The translations under genes and the position numbers were made by a program. Below, piece by piece: positions 33,018 through 42,029 of a stretch of 64,000 nucleotides of DNA (position 1 is its first letter; the number at the start of each line of letters is the position of its first letter). The notes beneath the pieces are model-generated. The model was not told the origin of the DNA, did no database searches, and saw only the letters and a list, made by a program, of their open reading frames with translations. This DNA is from Clostridiales bacterium (GTDB taxonomy: Bacteria > Bacillota > Dehalobacteriia > UBA7702): assembly GCA_040766525.1 (NCBI GenBank), contig JAXGQI010000009.1:808-64807 (forward strand), written 5' to 3'.

Positions 33018-34037
33018 ATGCGCAGACGATGGCGGCGGAAGAAACGCAATTTCCCGTTGATGATACTTTGTGTCCTTTTGACTTTTGTGGCGGCGATCTG
33101 TGTTTATTATGGAGAGCCGGAAGTAGCATCGGAGTCGGAGCCTGAAGCGGCGATTATCAGCGCTCCCGAGGGCGAAGAGATTACCCTCGATCTTTATCGT
33201 GTTGAACAGGACAAGACCGTTCGCTTGGAATTGGAGGATTATATTCTCGGCGTCGTTGCGGCGGAAGTCCCGGCAAATTTTGAACCGGAAGCATTGAAAG
33301 CCCAGGCCATTGTTGCCCGAACCTATGCGGTGCGCAAGCTTTTCGGCGAGACCGCGATCACGGAACCGACGCATGAGGCCGCCCTTTGCGATTCTTTTGC
33401 CCATTGTCAGGCCTATTGTGACGAGGAGGAAATGAAGGAAAAGTGGGGCGATCAATATGAAGAATATCATGAGAAGATCAGAAAAGCCGTGGAGGATACC
33501 CGTGGCCTTGTGGTCTTATACGAGGGTGAGATCGCGCTGACGCCGTACCACTCAACCTGTGGCGGGAAGACGGCTTCGGCGGCAGAGGTTTGGGGGGAGG
33601 ACTATCCTTATCTCATCAGCGTTGAATGCGATTGGGATGAAGACGCGCCCCGTTATCAAGAGGATTTCGCTTTTGCTTTAAAGGATATTCCCTGGCTCTT
33701 AGGGGAGGACGGGAAGCCCTGCTTTGCTCTGGCGGCAGATCAGGAAGTGGAGGAAGTGCCGGAAATCTTGGAGAAAACGACGAGCGGCCGCGTGGCCCTT
33801 TTGTCCTATGGTGACTTAGAGATCTTGGGTACGGAATTTCGGACGAAAATGGGGATCAATTCCACCAATTTTACCTTTGAGGTGGAAGGCGACGAATTGC
33901 TGGTACATACCCAGGGTTATGGACATGGCGTTGGCCTTTGCCAGCATGGCGCTAACGGAATGGCAAAGGAAGGGAAAACGGCGAAAGAGATCATCGCCTA
34001 TTATTATGTGGGTACAAAACTCGGCTCCATCTATTAA
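33018..34037 (+). CDS. spoIID: stage II sporulation protein D (lytic transglycosylase)
   Basis: AQAIVARTYA, YHSTCGGKTASAAEVWG, GHGVGLCQHGA. Confidence 0.9.
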   Translation: MRRRWRRKKRNFPLMILCVLLTFVAAICVYYGEPEVASESEPEAAIISAPEGEEITLDLYRVEQDKTVRLELEDYILGVVAAEVPANFEPEALKAQAIVARTYAVRKLFGETAITEPTHEAALCDSFAHCQAYCDEEEMKEKWGDQYEEYHEKIRKAVEDTRGLVVLYEGEIALTPYHSTCGGKTASAAEVWGEDYPYLISVECDWDEDAPRYQEDFAFALKDIPWLLGEDGKPCFALAADQEVEEVPEILEKTTSGRVALLSYGDLEILGTEFRTKMGINSTNFTFEVEGDELLVHTQGYGHGVGLCQHGANGMAKEGKTAKEIIAYYYVGTKLGSIY

Positions 34038-34052
34038 TTTGTCAATAATCTG

Positions 34053-34083
34053 GAATGCCTGCTGCGAAACGCAGCAGGCATTC
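34053..34083. terminator. bidirectional hairpin between spoIID and the convergent small gene
   Basis: 14-bp stem GAATGCCTGCTGCG/CGCAGCAGGCATTC. Confidence 0.6.
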
Positions 34084-34095
34084 GATCTATAGGGA

Positions 34096-34335
34096 TTAGT
34101 TTAACTCCGCCCAGGGACGGATTTCTCTTTCGCAGGTTTTATAGACCGGGCAACTATGGGTATAGGGGCAATCCTCCAGATAATCGCATTGGTTTTCCAC
34201 CGGGATGGCTTTGGTTTCTTCCGCTGATGTCTGTTTTTCAAATCGAACGGGGATGGACCTCCGGGTCATCAAAAAAGGGCATTGGCCGCTATAGGATGAG
34301 ATTTTGCTTTCTGTTGTGATCATATTGGACCTCAT
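34096..34335 (-). CDS. hypothetical Cys-rich small protein (79 aa)
   Basis: ORF only. The cysteines cluster near the C-terminus (CDYLEDCPYTHSCPVYKTCE). It is divergent from the ars promoter. Confidence 0.3.
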   Translation of the reverse strand: MRSNMITTESKISSYSGQCPFLMTRRSIPVRFEKQTSAEETKAIPVENQCDYLEDCPYTHSCPVYKTCEREIRPWAELN

Positions 34336-34546
34336 ATCGCTATTTATTGGTTATTATAAACAGGGGCACTTGCTTTGGCAAAGGTTTTTGTTGCTGAAAT
34401 CGGGAAATTTGTTCAATCTTTTGTTGAAATGCACAGATTGCAGTCTGCGCGATCAACAGAAGCGGAAAAAGCGCGAAATCCTTGGTGGGCAAGGAAGGGT
34501 GTGATCCCCTTGGAGTATAAAAATTTAGGAAATCTTCCTGACCCTG

Positions 34547-34597
34547 TTGACAAAAGCAGTGCGGCGGCATATACTATATATCGAAAGATATCGATAT
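34547..34597 (+). promoter_or_regulatory. ars promoter with overlapping inverted-repeat operator
   Basis: TTGACA (34547), a 17-nt spacer, then TATACT (34570). This is followed by ATATCGA-N6-TCGATAT (34578-34597). A related palindrome, CGATATATCG, lies at 34961-34970 upstream of the permease gene. Confidence 0.6.
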
Positions 34598-34606
34598 GAG
34601 GTGCGC

Positions 34607-34912
34607 ATGGATAACCGTTTTGTGAAAAATGCCAAAGTATATAAAGCTTTTTGCGATGAAAACCGCTTGATGATTTTATCTTTATTGCAAAGCGGGGAGA
34701 AGTGCGCCTGTAAGCTGTTAGAAGAATTGCACATCGGGCAGTCTACGCTGTCTCACCATATGAAGATTCTGTGTGATTCCGGCATTGTCAACAGCCGGAG
34801 GGAAGGCAAGTGGACCCATTATTCCATCAATCGGGAAGGGAGCCGCTATGCCGTTCAATTATTGCGGGAATTGACTGCCTTAGAGGGTGAAGCCCCGGAT
34901 GAATCAGAATGA
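34607..34912 (+). CDS. arsR: ArsR/SmtB family metalloregulator
   Basis: FKAFCDENRLMILSLLQSGEKCACKLLEELHIGQSTLSHHMKIL carries the wHTH and the CxC metal site. Confidence 0.85.
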   Translation: MDNRFVKNAKVYKAFCDENRLMILSLLQSGEKCACKLLEELHIGQSTLSHHMKILCDSGIVNSRREGKWTHYSINREGSRYAVQLLRELTALEGEAPDESE

Positions 34913-35021
34913 TCATACCCTACGGTATCATGCCATCTTACGGATGGCCTTTCCTAACACCGATATATCGAAATATGTACATGTATCAATCTTTTAGAAT
35001 GGTCCCTTCAGGAGGTAAATC

Positions 35022-36038
35022 ATGGATGTAATAAAAGCCGGTTGGCTCTTTTTTCAAAATCAAATTTTGGGGATGCAATGGTTAAATGAACTGTTGGGTC
35101 GTTTTTTAACTTTTCTCCATGTCGATATTACCTCCAGATTGGGGGGGAGTATCCAGTTTTTCATTTTTGATACGATCAAGATCTTTGTATTGCTGTCGGT
35201 TTTGATTTTTGTTATTTCCTATATTCAGAGTTATTTCCCACCGGAGAGGACAAAGCGGATTTTGGGGCGGTTTCATGGCGTTACGGCCAATAGTTTAGCG
35301 GCGCTGCTCGGTACGGTAACGCCGTTTTGCTCCTGTTCCTCTATTCCGTTATTCATCGGATTTACCGGCGCGGGGCTACCCGTGGGGGTGACATTTTCTT
35401 TCTTGATTTCTTCCCCCTTGGTGGATTTGGGTTCTTTGATTCTGTTGATGAGTATTTTCGGCGGGAAAATTGCCATTGCTTATGTCCTGGTCGGTTTGGT
35501 ATTAGCGGTATTGGGTGGGACTTTGATTGAGAAGCTCAAGCTGGGGCGGTATGTCGAGGATTTTATTACCGGTGCGGCGAATGTTGATTTGGAAACGCCG
35601 GAGCTTACGCCCCAAGACCGAATGAATTATGCAAAAGGGCAGGTTGCCTTTACCGTCAAAAAAGTGTTTTGGTTTGTGATCGTCGGGATTTCCATCGGGG
35701 CCCTCATCCATAATTGGGTTCCGGTTGAGATGGTGCAGGCCGTTTTGGGCAGCGAAAATCCTTTTTCCGTCGTAATCGCAACCGTGGTCGGTATCCCAAT
35801 GTATGCGGATATTTTCGGCACGATCCCGATTGCGGAAGCTTTGTTTGCCAAAGGCGTCGGCATCGGCACAATCCTCTCGTTCATGATGGGGGTCACAGCG
35901 TTGTCCTTGCCTTCTGTGATCTTATTGCGCAGAGCGGTCAAACCCCAGTTGCTGAGCGTATTTGTTTTGATTGTGGCTGTGGGGATCATTCTGATCGATT
36001 TATTTCTTTTTAATGCTTTTCAATGGTTGTTTATGTGA
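35022..36038 (+). CDS. permease (DUF318 / ArsP-like putative organoarsenical permease)
   Basis: Multi-TM protein with the TPFCSCSSIPLF motif. Paired with a small thioredoxin-like gene, as is usual for this family. Confidence 0.75.
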   Translation: MDVIKAGWLFFQNQILGMQWLNELLGRFLTFLHVDITSRLGGSIQFFIFDTIKIFVLLSVLIFVISYIQSYFPPERTKRILGRFHGVTANSLAALLGTVTPFCSCSSIPLFIGFTGAGLPVGVTFSFLISSPLVDLGSLILLMSIFGGKIAIAYVLVGLVLAVLGGTLIEKLKLGRYVEDFITGAANVDLETPELTPQDRMNYAKGQVAFTVKKVFWFVIVGISIGALIHNWVPVEMVQAVLGSENPFSVVIATVVGIPMYADIFGTIPIAEALFAKGVGIGTILSFMMGVTALSLPSVILLRRAVKPQLLSVFVLIVAVGIILIDLFLFNAFQWLFM

Positions 36039-36064
36039 AAATGATATAAAAGGAGGAGGTGGAA

Positions 36065-36411
36065 ATGGGATTGTTTGGTAAAGGAAAGAAAAAAGAGGAT
36101 ATGAATACGGGTGGAACAGACGAGAACTGTGCTGCTTGTTCAGGCAGCAGCGCAAGTGCTTCTAAAACGGCGCGGTTTATCGTTCTTGGCGCTTGTTGTG
36201 ATAAGAGCCGGCAAACTTTGAAAATGCGAAAGAGGCGGTTAAAGAGCTTGGTTTTGTTGATGAAGTGGTGAATATCGGCGATCCGATGGAGATCGCGCAA
36301 TTCGGCGTAATGCAGACCCCGGCATTGGTTCTCGATCATAAAGTTGTTTCTTACGGTAAGCCGTTAAGTGTGGATGAAATCAAGCGCTTGATTGAAAAGG
36401 CAGGTATTTGA
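36065..36411 (+). CDS. thioredoxin-fold 'redox-active disulfide protein 2'-like, one frameshift
   Basis: AAGGAGGAGG precedes the ATG. First frame reads ..RFIVLGACCDK..; after the shift it reads ..ENAKEAVKELGFVDEVVNIGDPMEIAQFGVMQTPALVLDHKVVSYGKPLSVDEIKRLIEKAGI. Confidence 0.65.
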
Positions 36412-36492
36412 GTTTGTATTTTGGAGTTTATGTTCCGCTGTGATGTGGTATAATGGTGGTAAAATGCAGAAATAAGGAGGAGTTTGATCCCG

Positions 36493-36957
36493 ATGAAGAT
36501 ATTGAAAATTGAATGAAACATTTGGATGTAGCGGGGAAACCTGCGATCGCTGTTCCGATACGGAGAACAGTTAAAAAAGAAGTGAAGCGCTTAAATAAAG
36601 AGCTCCTTGATCGAGGCATCGGCGTGGAATTGATCGAGACCAAATTGGATGAAAAAGAAATTGCCCAATCGAATCTGATCTTATTTGACGGGACGCCCAT
36701 CGAGAAGCTTTTGGGGATCGAGATAAAAGAAAACTATTGTAGAATCTTGCTCTTCCTTATTGGGAGAGGAAACCTGTTGCAGAACCGTAGTTTATGACGG
36801 CAATGAATATGAAATCCCCGCCGCCGCAATCCGGGAGGCCGCATATAAAGCGCTAGGGATCGCGCTTTTGGATGTGAAGGCCGTTGAAAGACGAGTTGTT
36901 GTTGCGGGAAGAACGGCTGTTGCTGATGAACGATTGCGTCCGCCGATAAAAAATTGA
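36493..36957 (+). pseudogene. DUF2703-like small metal-binding protein, at least 2 frameshifts
   Basis: MKILKIE(W)KHLDVAGK.C.RC.., then ..ELLDRGIGVELIETKLDEKEIAQSNLILFDGTPIEKLLG.., then ..ETCCRTVVYDGNEYEIP..IREAAYKAL, read across frames. The 3' end is uncertain. Confidence 0.5.
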
Positions 36958-36980
36958 GGATATGTGAAAGGAAGTTTTTT

Positions 36981-37382
36981 ATGGTGAAGGTCGCTTTTAT
37001 TTGTGTCCATAATTCGTGTCGCAGCCAAATCGCCGAGGCTTTGGGGAAACATTTTGCCGCCGATCAGTTTGAAAGTTTTTCGGCGGGCACGGAAACGAAG
37101 CCTACCATCAATCGGGACGCCGTGCGTTTGATGAAGCGGCTTTATGGGATTGATATGGAAGCTTCACAATATTCGAAGACGCTTCTTGATATCCCGGCGG
37201 TGGATATTGTGATTACGATGGGCTGCAATGTGGCGTGCCCGATGCTCCCCTGCCGTTATCGAGAGGATTGGGGGCTTCCTGACCCTACCGGTGAGAATGA
37301 CGAGGTTTTTCTTGCCGTAATCAAGACGATCGCAGAGCGTATCAAAGCCTTGGCTTCCCGGATAGAGCATAGGGAAATATAG
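36981..37382 (+). CDS. arsC: arsenate reductase (LMW-PTP / thioredoxin-coupled ArsC)
   Basis: MVKVAFICVHNSCRSQIAEAL is the P-loop (CX5R), with downstream Cys residues and a DP motif. Confidence 0.9.
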   Translation: MVKVAFICVHNSCRSQIAEALGKHFAADQFESFSAGTETKPTINRDAVRLMKRLYGIDMEASQYSKTLLDIPAVDIVITMGCNVACPMLPCRYREDWGLPDPTGENDEVFLAVIKTIAERIKALASRIEHREI

Positions 37383-37875
37383 GTAAATCCAGATCTTCCG
37401 GGGTGAAGGATAGATGGGAAAATCATGCGCCCAAGAAATATAAATTTCTACCGATTTCCCGCAGATTCCGACATATTTTGATAGTCCCCCTATGATACCA
37501 TATAGATTATGAGAACGCTTCGTTCTTGTATATTCTTTACGTAGGGGAGAGTGATCGTGTGTATCGGGAAAAATTTCGGCTTTGTTTGGCGGCTTTTCTG
37601 ATGGGGTTTTATCAAAACAAAGCGGAAAAAAACCGCAGGCTTGGTTTGCGGTTGATCAAGAAAGGTGAACCCTTGACTTCGCTAAGGCTCATCAGAATGA
37701 ATCATAAAACATCGGATTATGGTTATAAGGCGTTGTTTTATGAGGCAAAATACTTGGCTAGATTCAAGGTATTGTCTTGCAAGAAGGTTGGGGGTGTGCT
37801 ATAAGGTTGGTTTGTGATCATTATAGCTTTGTATGTTTGGCGTTGAAGTAAACGGCCAAACAGAATGAATTGAAA

Positions 37876-37912
37876 AATCTCCGCCGAGATCTTTCTCGGT
37901 CGGAGATTTTAT
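37876..37912. terminator. bidirectional hairpin terminator
   Basis: AATCTCCGCCGAGA / TCTCGGTCGGAGATT, with A/T runs on both sides. Confidence 0.55.
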
Positions 37913-38132
37913 GTTTATGAGGATTTTATTCGAGGATTGGGACTTTGATTGTCGGTGAATAGTATCCATGGGATTGAGACGTGGGAAATACGGTGATGAC
38001 AGTCGTTATTTTGCATTGATTTAAAATGGTTTTGCTGCGCAAAAGAGGCATCTATATTGCATGTTTTTTGCAATTTATGTATAAGTGATTGGGTTGAGGC
38101 GAGATGGTTTTTTCTCTATTTTGGTAGCGGGA

Positions 38133-38161
38133 TTGACAAATTACGACACAGTGCGTAAAAT
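38133..38161 (+). promoter_or_regulatory. near-consensus sigma-A promoter with no adjacent ORF
   Basis: TTGACA (38133-38138), an exactly 17-nt spacer, then TAAAAT (38156-38161). The next credible start is at 38687. Confidence 0.55.
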
Positions 38162-38686
38162 AAAGTTATGTTGTTAACTGTCATTCTTTTCAGCGATCCG
38201 GTGTATATGGAGCTTTATGGGTTAGCAATATAGAAACAAGCATCCTCATAGATGCCTACTTGGTCAAATATGATCTAAACCCCGGGAGGCGCGTAACGGC
38301 GCCTGCTTTCAAACCGGTGACAGAGGCTTGGGGCGAAAAATAGAGTTTCTTAATCATTTCGTCATGCCATTGTTTGTCGCACCCAGGCATAAGATGCGGC
38401 TTTTATATAAAATATACAAAAATAAACTTTCGGGCCAGGTAATTTTTTGTGAGATTTTTTTCTTTTGTTCCCTTGTCGGGAAGTAGATGGATGACAAGGA
38501 CGATCATAACGAAGCCCCGAAGAAGCGGAAAACACGGATTTGATTTGCATTTTTCGAAACGTGGGAACAAAATTTGTCATCCTTGTACAGGGATAATGGA
38601 GAAAATTGACGGGTGAAATCGCGGCGGAAATTTGCTTTGCGTGGAAAATAGCCGGTCGATTTTAGGAGAGTAGAGTGTGATTTCGG

Positions 38687-39321
38687 ATGAAAAAACGGTT
38701 ATGCATATTAGGTGGGTGCCTCCTACTGATCGGGGTGGTATTTGTAACTTTCCAATGGGATAATTTGATTGCCATCATTGATTCCAGGCGGTACGATTCG
38801 GAAAATTGGCCCTCCATTGTGGAGAAAGGAAAGAATTAGAGGAAGCCCTTAAAGAAGCAGTTTTGCCGCAGCCCATTTCTGATTTGACCTTGGAGGATGA
38901 GGCGGCTTTGCTGGCTGGTGAAATCACGGAAGCGGAAGCAATTGCTAAAATCAAAATCCCAACCAAGAATGATGAGAATACCGCCGCCGCGGCGATTGAA
39001 AATATCATTGCGGAATATGTCGGGGAATTGTATGGATTGAAAGCAACCTATCTTGGCCGACTTGGAGTTTTGTTAAAGGCCAGGCGGAGGAAGAATTCTA
39101 TGGTTGCCTGAAGCGGAACAAACCGGTGCTGCCAAAACGGTGATTGTAAGTAAATATATGACCCGTGTAGCCTCGTTGGAATCGCAATGCGACGGACAGG
39201 TCGAAGAGTGTTGGCTACGCTGCAATCAAGTTTAATTGCAGTTGGAGGAGATACTGCTATCGTAGAGATTTTGCGCTCTTCCTATGCGGAGGAAAAAGCG
39301 GCAAAAAAGCCTACTTTTTGA
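38687..39321 (+). pseudogene. membrane-anchored hypothetical protein, at least 2 frameshifts
   Basis: MKKRLCILGGCLLLIGVVFV (TM) in the first frame. It then continues in other frames as ..KELEEALKEAVLPQPISDLTLEDEAALLAGEITEAEA.. and ..VASLESQCDGQVEE..VEILRSSYAEEKAAKK. Confidence 0.3.
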
Positions 39322-39376
39322 GTTTGATTTAGGTTTGAGCAGCTTACTTGTATTTATTGGTTTAGGAGGGAAAATA

Positions 39377-40990
39377 GTGAAAAACAAAATGAAACTCGTT
39401 GTAGTTATGGTTGCCCTACTGCTATGCTTTACTTTTTCCACGGAGCTTTTCGCTGTGACCATTTTCGGATATCGAAGGACATTGGGCGGAGGGATTATAT
39501 TATGGCGGCCACCGCAACCGGGTTATGTCGACGGCTATGGCGATGCGATGGAACCTTTCGCCCGAGTGCGAAAGATTACCCGCGCGGAATTGACCAAGAT
39601 TTTTTCCGGAATCTTAGGTTTACAGGACGGCGCCGGCATCATATTTACGGACGTGGGCCCGGAGTATTGGTATTATGATTGGGTGAATAGCGCAGTTTAT
39701 GCCGGATTTATCGATGGTTATGGAGACAATACCTTTCGACCAAATAATTATATAACCAGGCAAGAGGCTGCCAAGATGTTGGGTTATTGTGTCCCGGATA
39801 ATGCCCCGGATTTAGGCGGCATCGATAGCTTTGTCGACAAGGACGATATTGGCAATTGGGCGGTGCCCTATGTTACATTGGTGATCAACAAGCGATATTT
39901 CCGGGGTGACAATGAGGATTGCTTTAATCCCACCGGTACCCTAACCAGAGCGGAAGCCGCTACGATTTTGGTGCGGATGATGGAAGGAGAGAATATCATC
40001 TCCGACCCCGAAGTTTCCCCCACCGGCGCTCTCGCGGATAGCATCTATTCCAACGGAATCAACGGGATGACGGAAGGCAGTATAGATAGCTGCACTTTGT
40101 TGGGGAGTTCTACGCTGATGGGGCAGATCGCATTGGAGAATGTGCATATCCATGCGTTGGTCAATACTTCTAATTTGGCTTTGACAGCCAATGATATTCT
40201 CGTTGATATTTTTACCGCCAATGCTCCGGTATTTATTACGGGGAATGGTGTAATTTCCTGTTTGGACCGGCATGTTCCTGACGCCAATTTCTGTTCCAGC
40301 ATTATTGCGGGGAATGAAAATGTGGTTTTACCGGGCAGCGCCTATTATTTACAGGTTGAAATGGAAACCGGTGACGACACTTACTTTTTGAATATCGCAT
40401 ATGATCAAGATGACACGATTTTCAGCGCTGTAGAGAGCTTTTTGGATAATGAAAATAATGCTGCGGCAATCAATTCCAATCTGATTGTGCCTATGAACAA
40501 TAATATAGCGGAGATTAGATCCTTGGAGGTAAACGGAGTACCGCTTTACAGTGAAACGGGTTGGCAACAAGTGGTAGAGCTTTTTGACGGCACCGGGGCG
40601 AATGCGGCAGCTCTCGATTTGATGAAGCCGGATTTTGAAGAAGATATTACGCTCCTTTATTTGCAGGATTTTATGGATGGTTTCAATGGTTTATATCCCA
40701 CAGGGCTATCTTCTGAAAATCGGGATCTCATGCTCCAGAATTTTAATGAAATGGATCTTGTGACGACTTCCTCCGGTAGCGGCGCTCCGGTTACTTTTAG
40801 CTACTTTAGCCGCTGCGGTACTTTGACAGATCCGCATTTGATCGGTCAAAGCTGGATTGAAAGGATCCTTTGGACCGGCGATAATGTGGATACATTTTTC
40901 GCTGGCAACGGGTGTGAAGTGTATTTGACCGCTGTGGGAAGCACCAAAACCGTCACAGTTACCCTAAGATTGGTTACGCTTGTTCAATAA
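39377..40990 (+). CDS. SLH domain surface protein
   Basis: AGGAGGG lies 6 nt before the GTG. It has a signal peptide and SLH repeats (FTDVGPEYWYYDWVNSAVYAGFIDGYGDNTFRPNNYITRQEAAKML; FVDKDDIGNWAVPYV..TLTRAEAATILVRM). The C-terminal ~330 aa is unassigned. Confidence 0.8.
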   Translation: MKNKMKLVVVMVALLLCFTFSTELFAVTIFGYRRTLGGGIILWRPPQPGYVDGYGDAMEPFARVRKITRAELTKIFSGILGLQDGAGIIFTDVGPEYWYYDWVNSAVYAGFIDGYGDNTFRPNNYITRQEAAKMLGYCVPDNAPDLGGIDSFVDKDDIGNWAVPYVTLVINKRYFRGDNEDCFNPTGTLTRAEAATILVRMMEGENIISDPEVSPTGALADSIYSNGINGMTEGSIDSCTLLGSSTLMGQIALENVHIHALVNTSNLALTANDILVDIFTANAPVFITGNGVISCLDRHVPDANFCSSIIAGNENVVLPGSAYYLQVEMETGDDTYFLNIAYDQDDTIFSAVESFLDNENNAAAINSNLIVPMNNNIAEIRSLEVNGVPLYSETGWQQVVELFDGTGANAAALDLMKPDFEEDITLLYLQDFMDGFNGLYPTGLSSENRDLMLQNFNEMDLVTTSSGSGAPVTFSYFSRCGTLTDPHLIGQSWIERILWTGDNVDTFFAGNGCEVYLTAVGSTKTVTVTLRLVTLVQ

Positions 40991-41043
40991 AGGACACATG
41001 GTTATCTTTTCTCGATTGCGGCAATAAAGAAAGAGAGGTTTTG

Positions 41044-41964
41044 ATGAAACCGATTCGGTCTTTGCTTCTATTTCCCATCCTCATCATGATTTTCTTTATT
41101 TGCTCCGGTGCGGTTTTGGCAGAAGATGCTTTTCCGGATGTTGATCCCTCCGATGCTTACTATGATGCGGTCCAAACGCTGTATGATTACGGTGTGGTCG
41201 GTGGGTACCCTGACGGTAAATTCCATCCGGAAAATGAGATCACCAGGGCAGAGCTGGTAAAGATGGTCAATAAAGTATTCCATTATCAATACGGCGGCAC
41301 GGTGAATCCCTTTGTCGATGTGAAAAGCAATGCCTGGTACTATCAGGAAGTCCTGACGGCGGTGGAACGGAACTATATTTTCGGTTATCCCGACGATACC
41401 TTCCGCGGTAATGTCAATGTGACGAGAGAGCAGGTGTGTGTGATTGTTGATCGCAATGTGCATCTGACACTTTTACCTTTTGATAAAGAGATTAGCGATC
41501 CCGTAGCGCCTTGGGCGAGGGATGCGGTCGAAAAATTCGTTTCCAACTATATTTGGAGATTGGAAGCGGGGAATTGCTTTAGGGCCAAGATGAATGGTAC
41601 CAGAGCGGAGGTCGCGATTGCATTGGCGCGTTTCTGTTTTGACGATGAGCCTTTACCCCAAGATTCTTTGGAGGTGGTGATGAGCCGGGTGATTCGTCAG
41701 TTGGAAGATAGCTTGGCCAATGGTAGTTTGATGGAATGCAGCGAAGAACAGCGAGAGATCGTGGCAATGATCATCGACAATATGGATGCGGTTTTGGAGG
41801 ACCCAAACCATGATTATCGTACGCCCGCCGACGCGGCAATGGCTTCCTATCGTGCTTTGCCGACGGAAGATCGGGCCCAATTGAAAGAAAGTATCCTTTG
41901 TTCCTGCGGTTCGGAGGATCTGATCCGCTTGCAAGAATACTTTTTCCCGGATATGAGCTTTTAA
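41044..41964 (+). CDS. SLH domain protein
   Basis: Signal peptide, then FPDVDPSDAYYDAVQTLYDYGVVGGYPDGKFHPENEITRAELVKMV, FVDVKSNAWYYQEV..VTREQVCVIV and a third repeat ending ..GTRAEVAIALARF. Confidence 0.8.
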   Translation: MKPIRSLLLFPILIMIFFICSGAVLAEDAFPDVDPSDAYYDAVQTLYDYGVVGGYPDGKFHPENEITRAELVKMVNKVFHYQYGGTVNPFVDVKSNAWYYQEVLTAVERNYIFGYPDDTFRGNVNVTREQVCVIVDRNVHLTLLPFDKEISDPVAPWARDAVEKFVSNYIWRLEAGNCFRAKMNGTRAEVAIALARFCFDDEPLPQDSLEVVMSRVIRQLEDSLANGSLMECSEEQREIVAMIIDNMDAVLEDPNHDYRTPADAAMASYRALPTEDRAQLKESILCSCGSEDLIRLQEYFFPDMSF

Positions 41965-42029
41965 CACCAATATTATGATCACCAAGAAAAGGGATGGAGG
42001 ACAGCGTGGGAGAGAGACGAGAGGAAGTA

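Noticed and set aside
32547-33470. 307 aa minus-strand ORF spanning the pgm 3' end and the spoIID 5' end
   Set aside because: It overlaps two strongly supported plus-strand genes and their intergenic region, has an Arg/Leu-rich composition, and shows no recognisable motifs. It is a shadow ORF.
37526-37804. 92 aa plus-strand ORF in the ars-to-SLH spacer
   Set aside because: It has no Shine-Dalgarno sequence, starts in a promoter-less stretch, has an odd composition and spans hairpin elements. It is treated as non-coding.
38580-38686. c-di-GMP (GEMM-I-like) riboswitch in front of the envelope locus (..GCGGCGGAAATTTGCTTTGCGTGGAAAATAGCCGG..)
   Set aside because: The conserved GGCAAA-type tetraloop receptor context and the ACGCAAAGCC box are not actually present. 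The resemblance is superficial and needs a covariance-model scan before any claim can be made.
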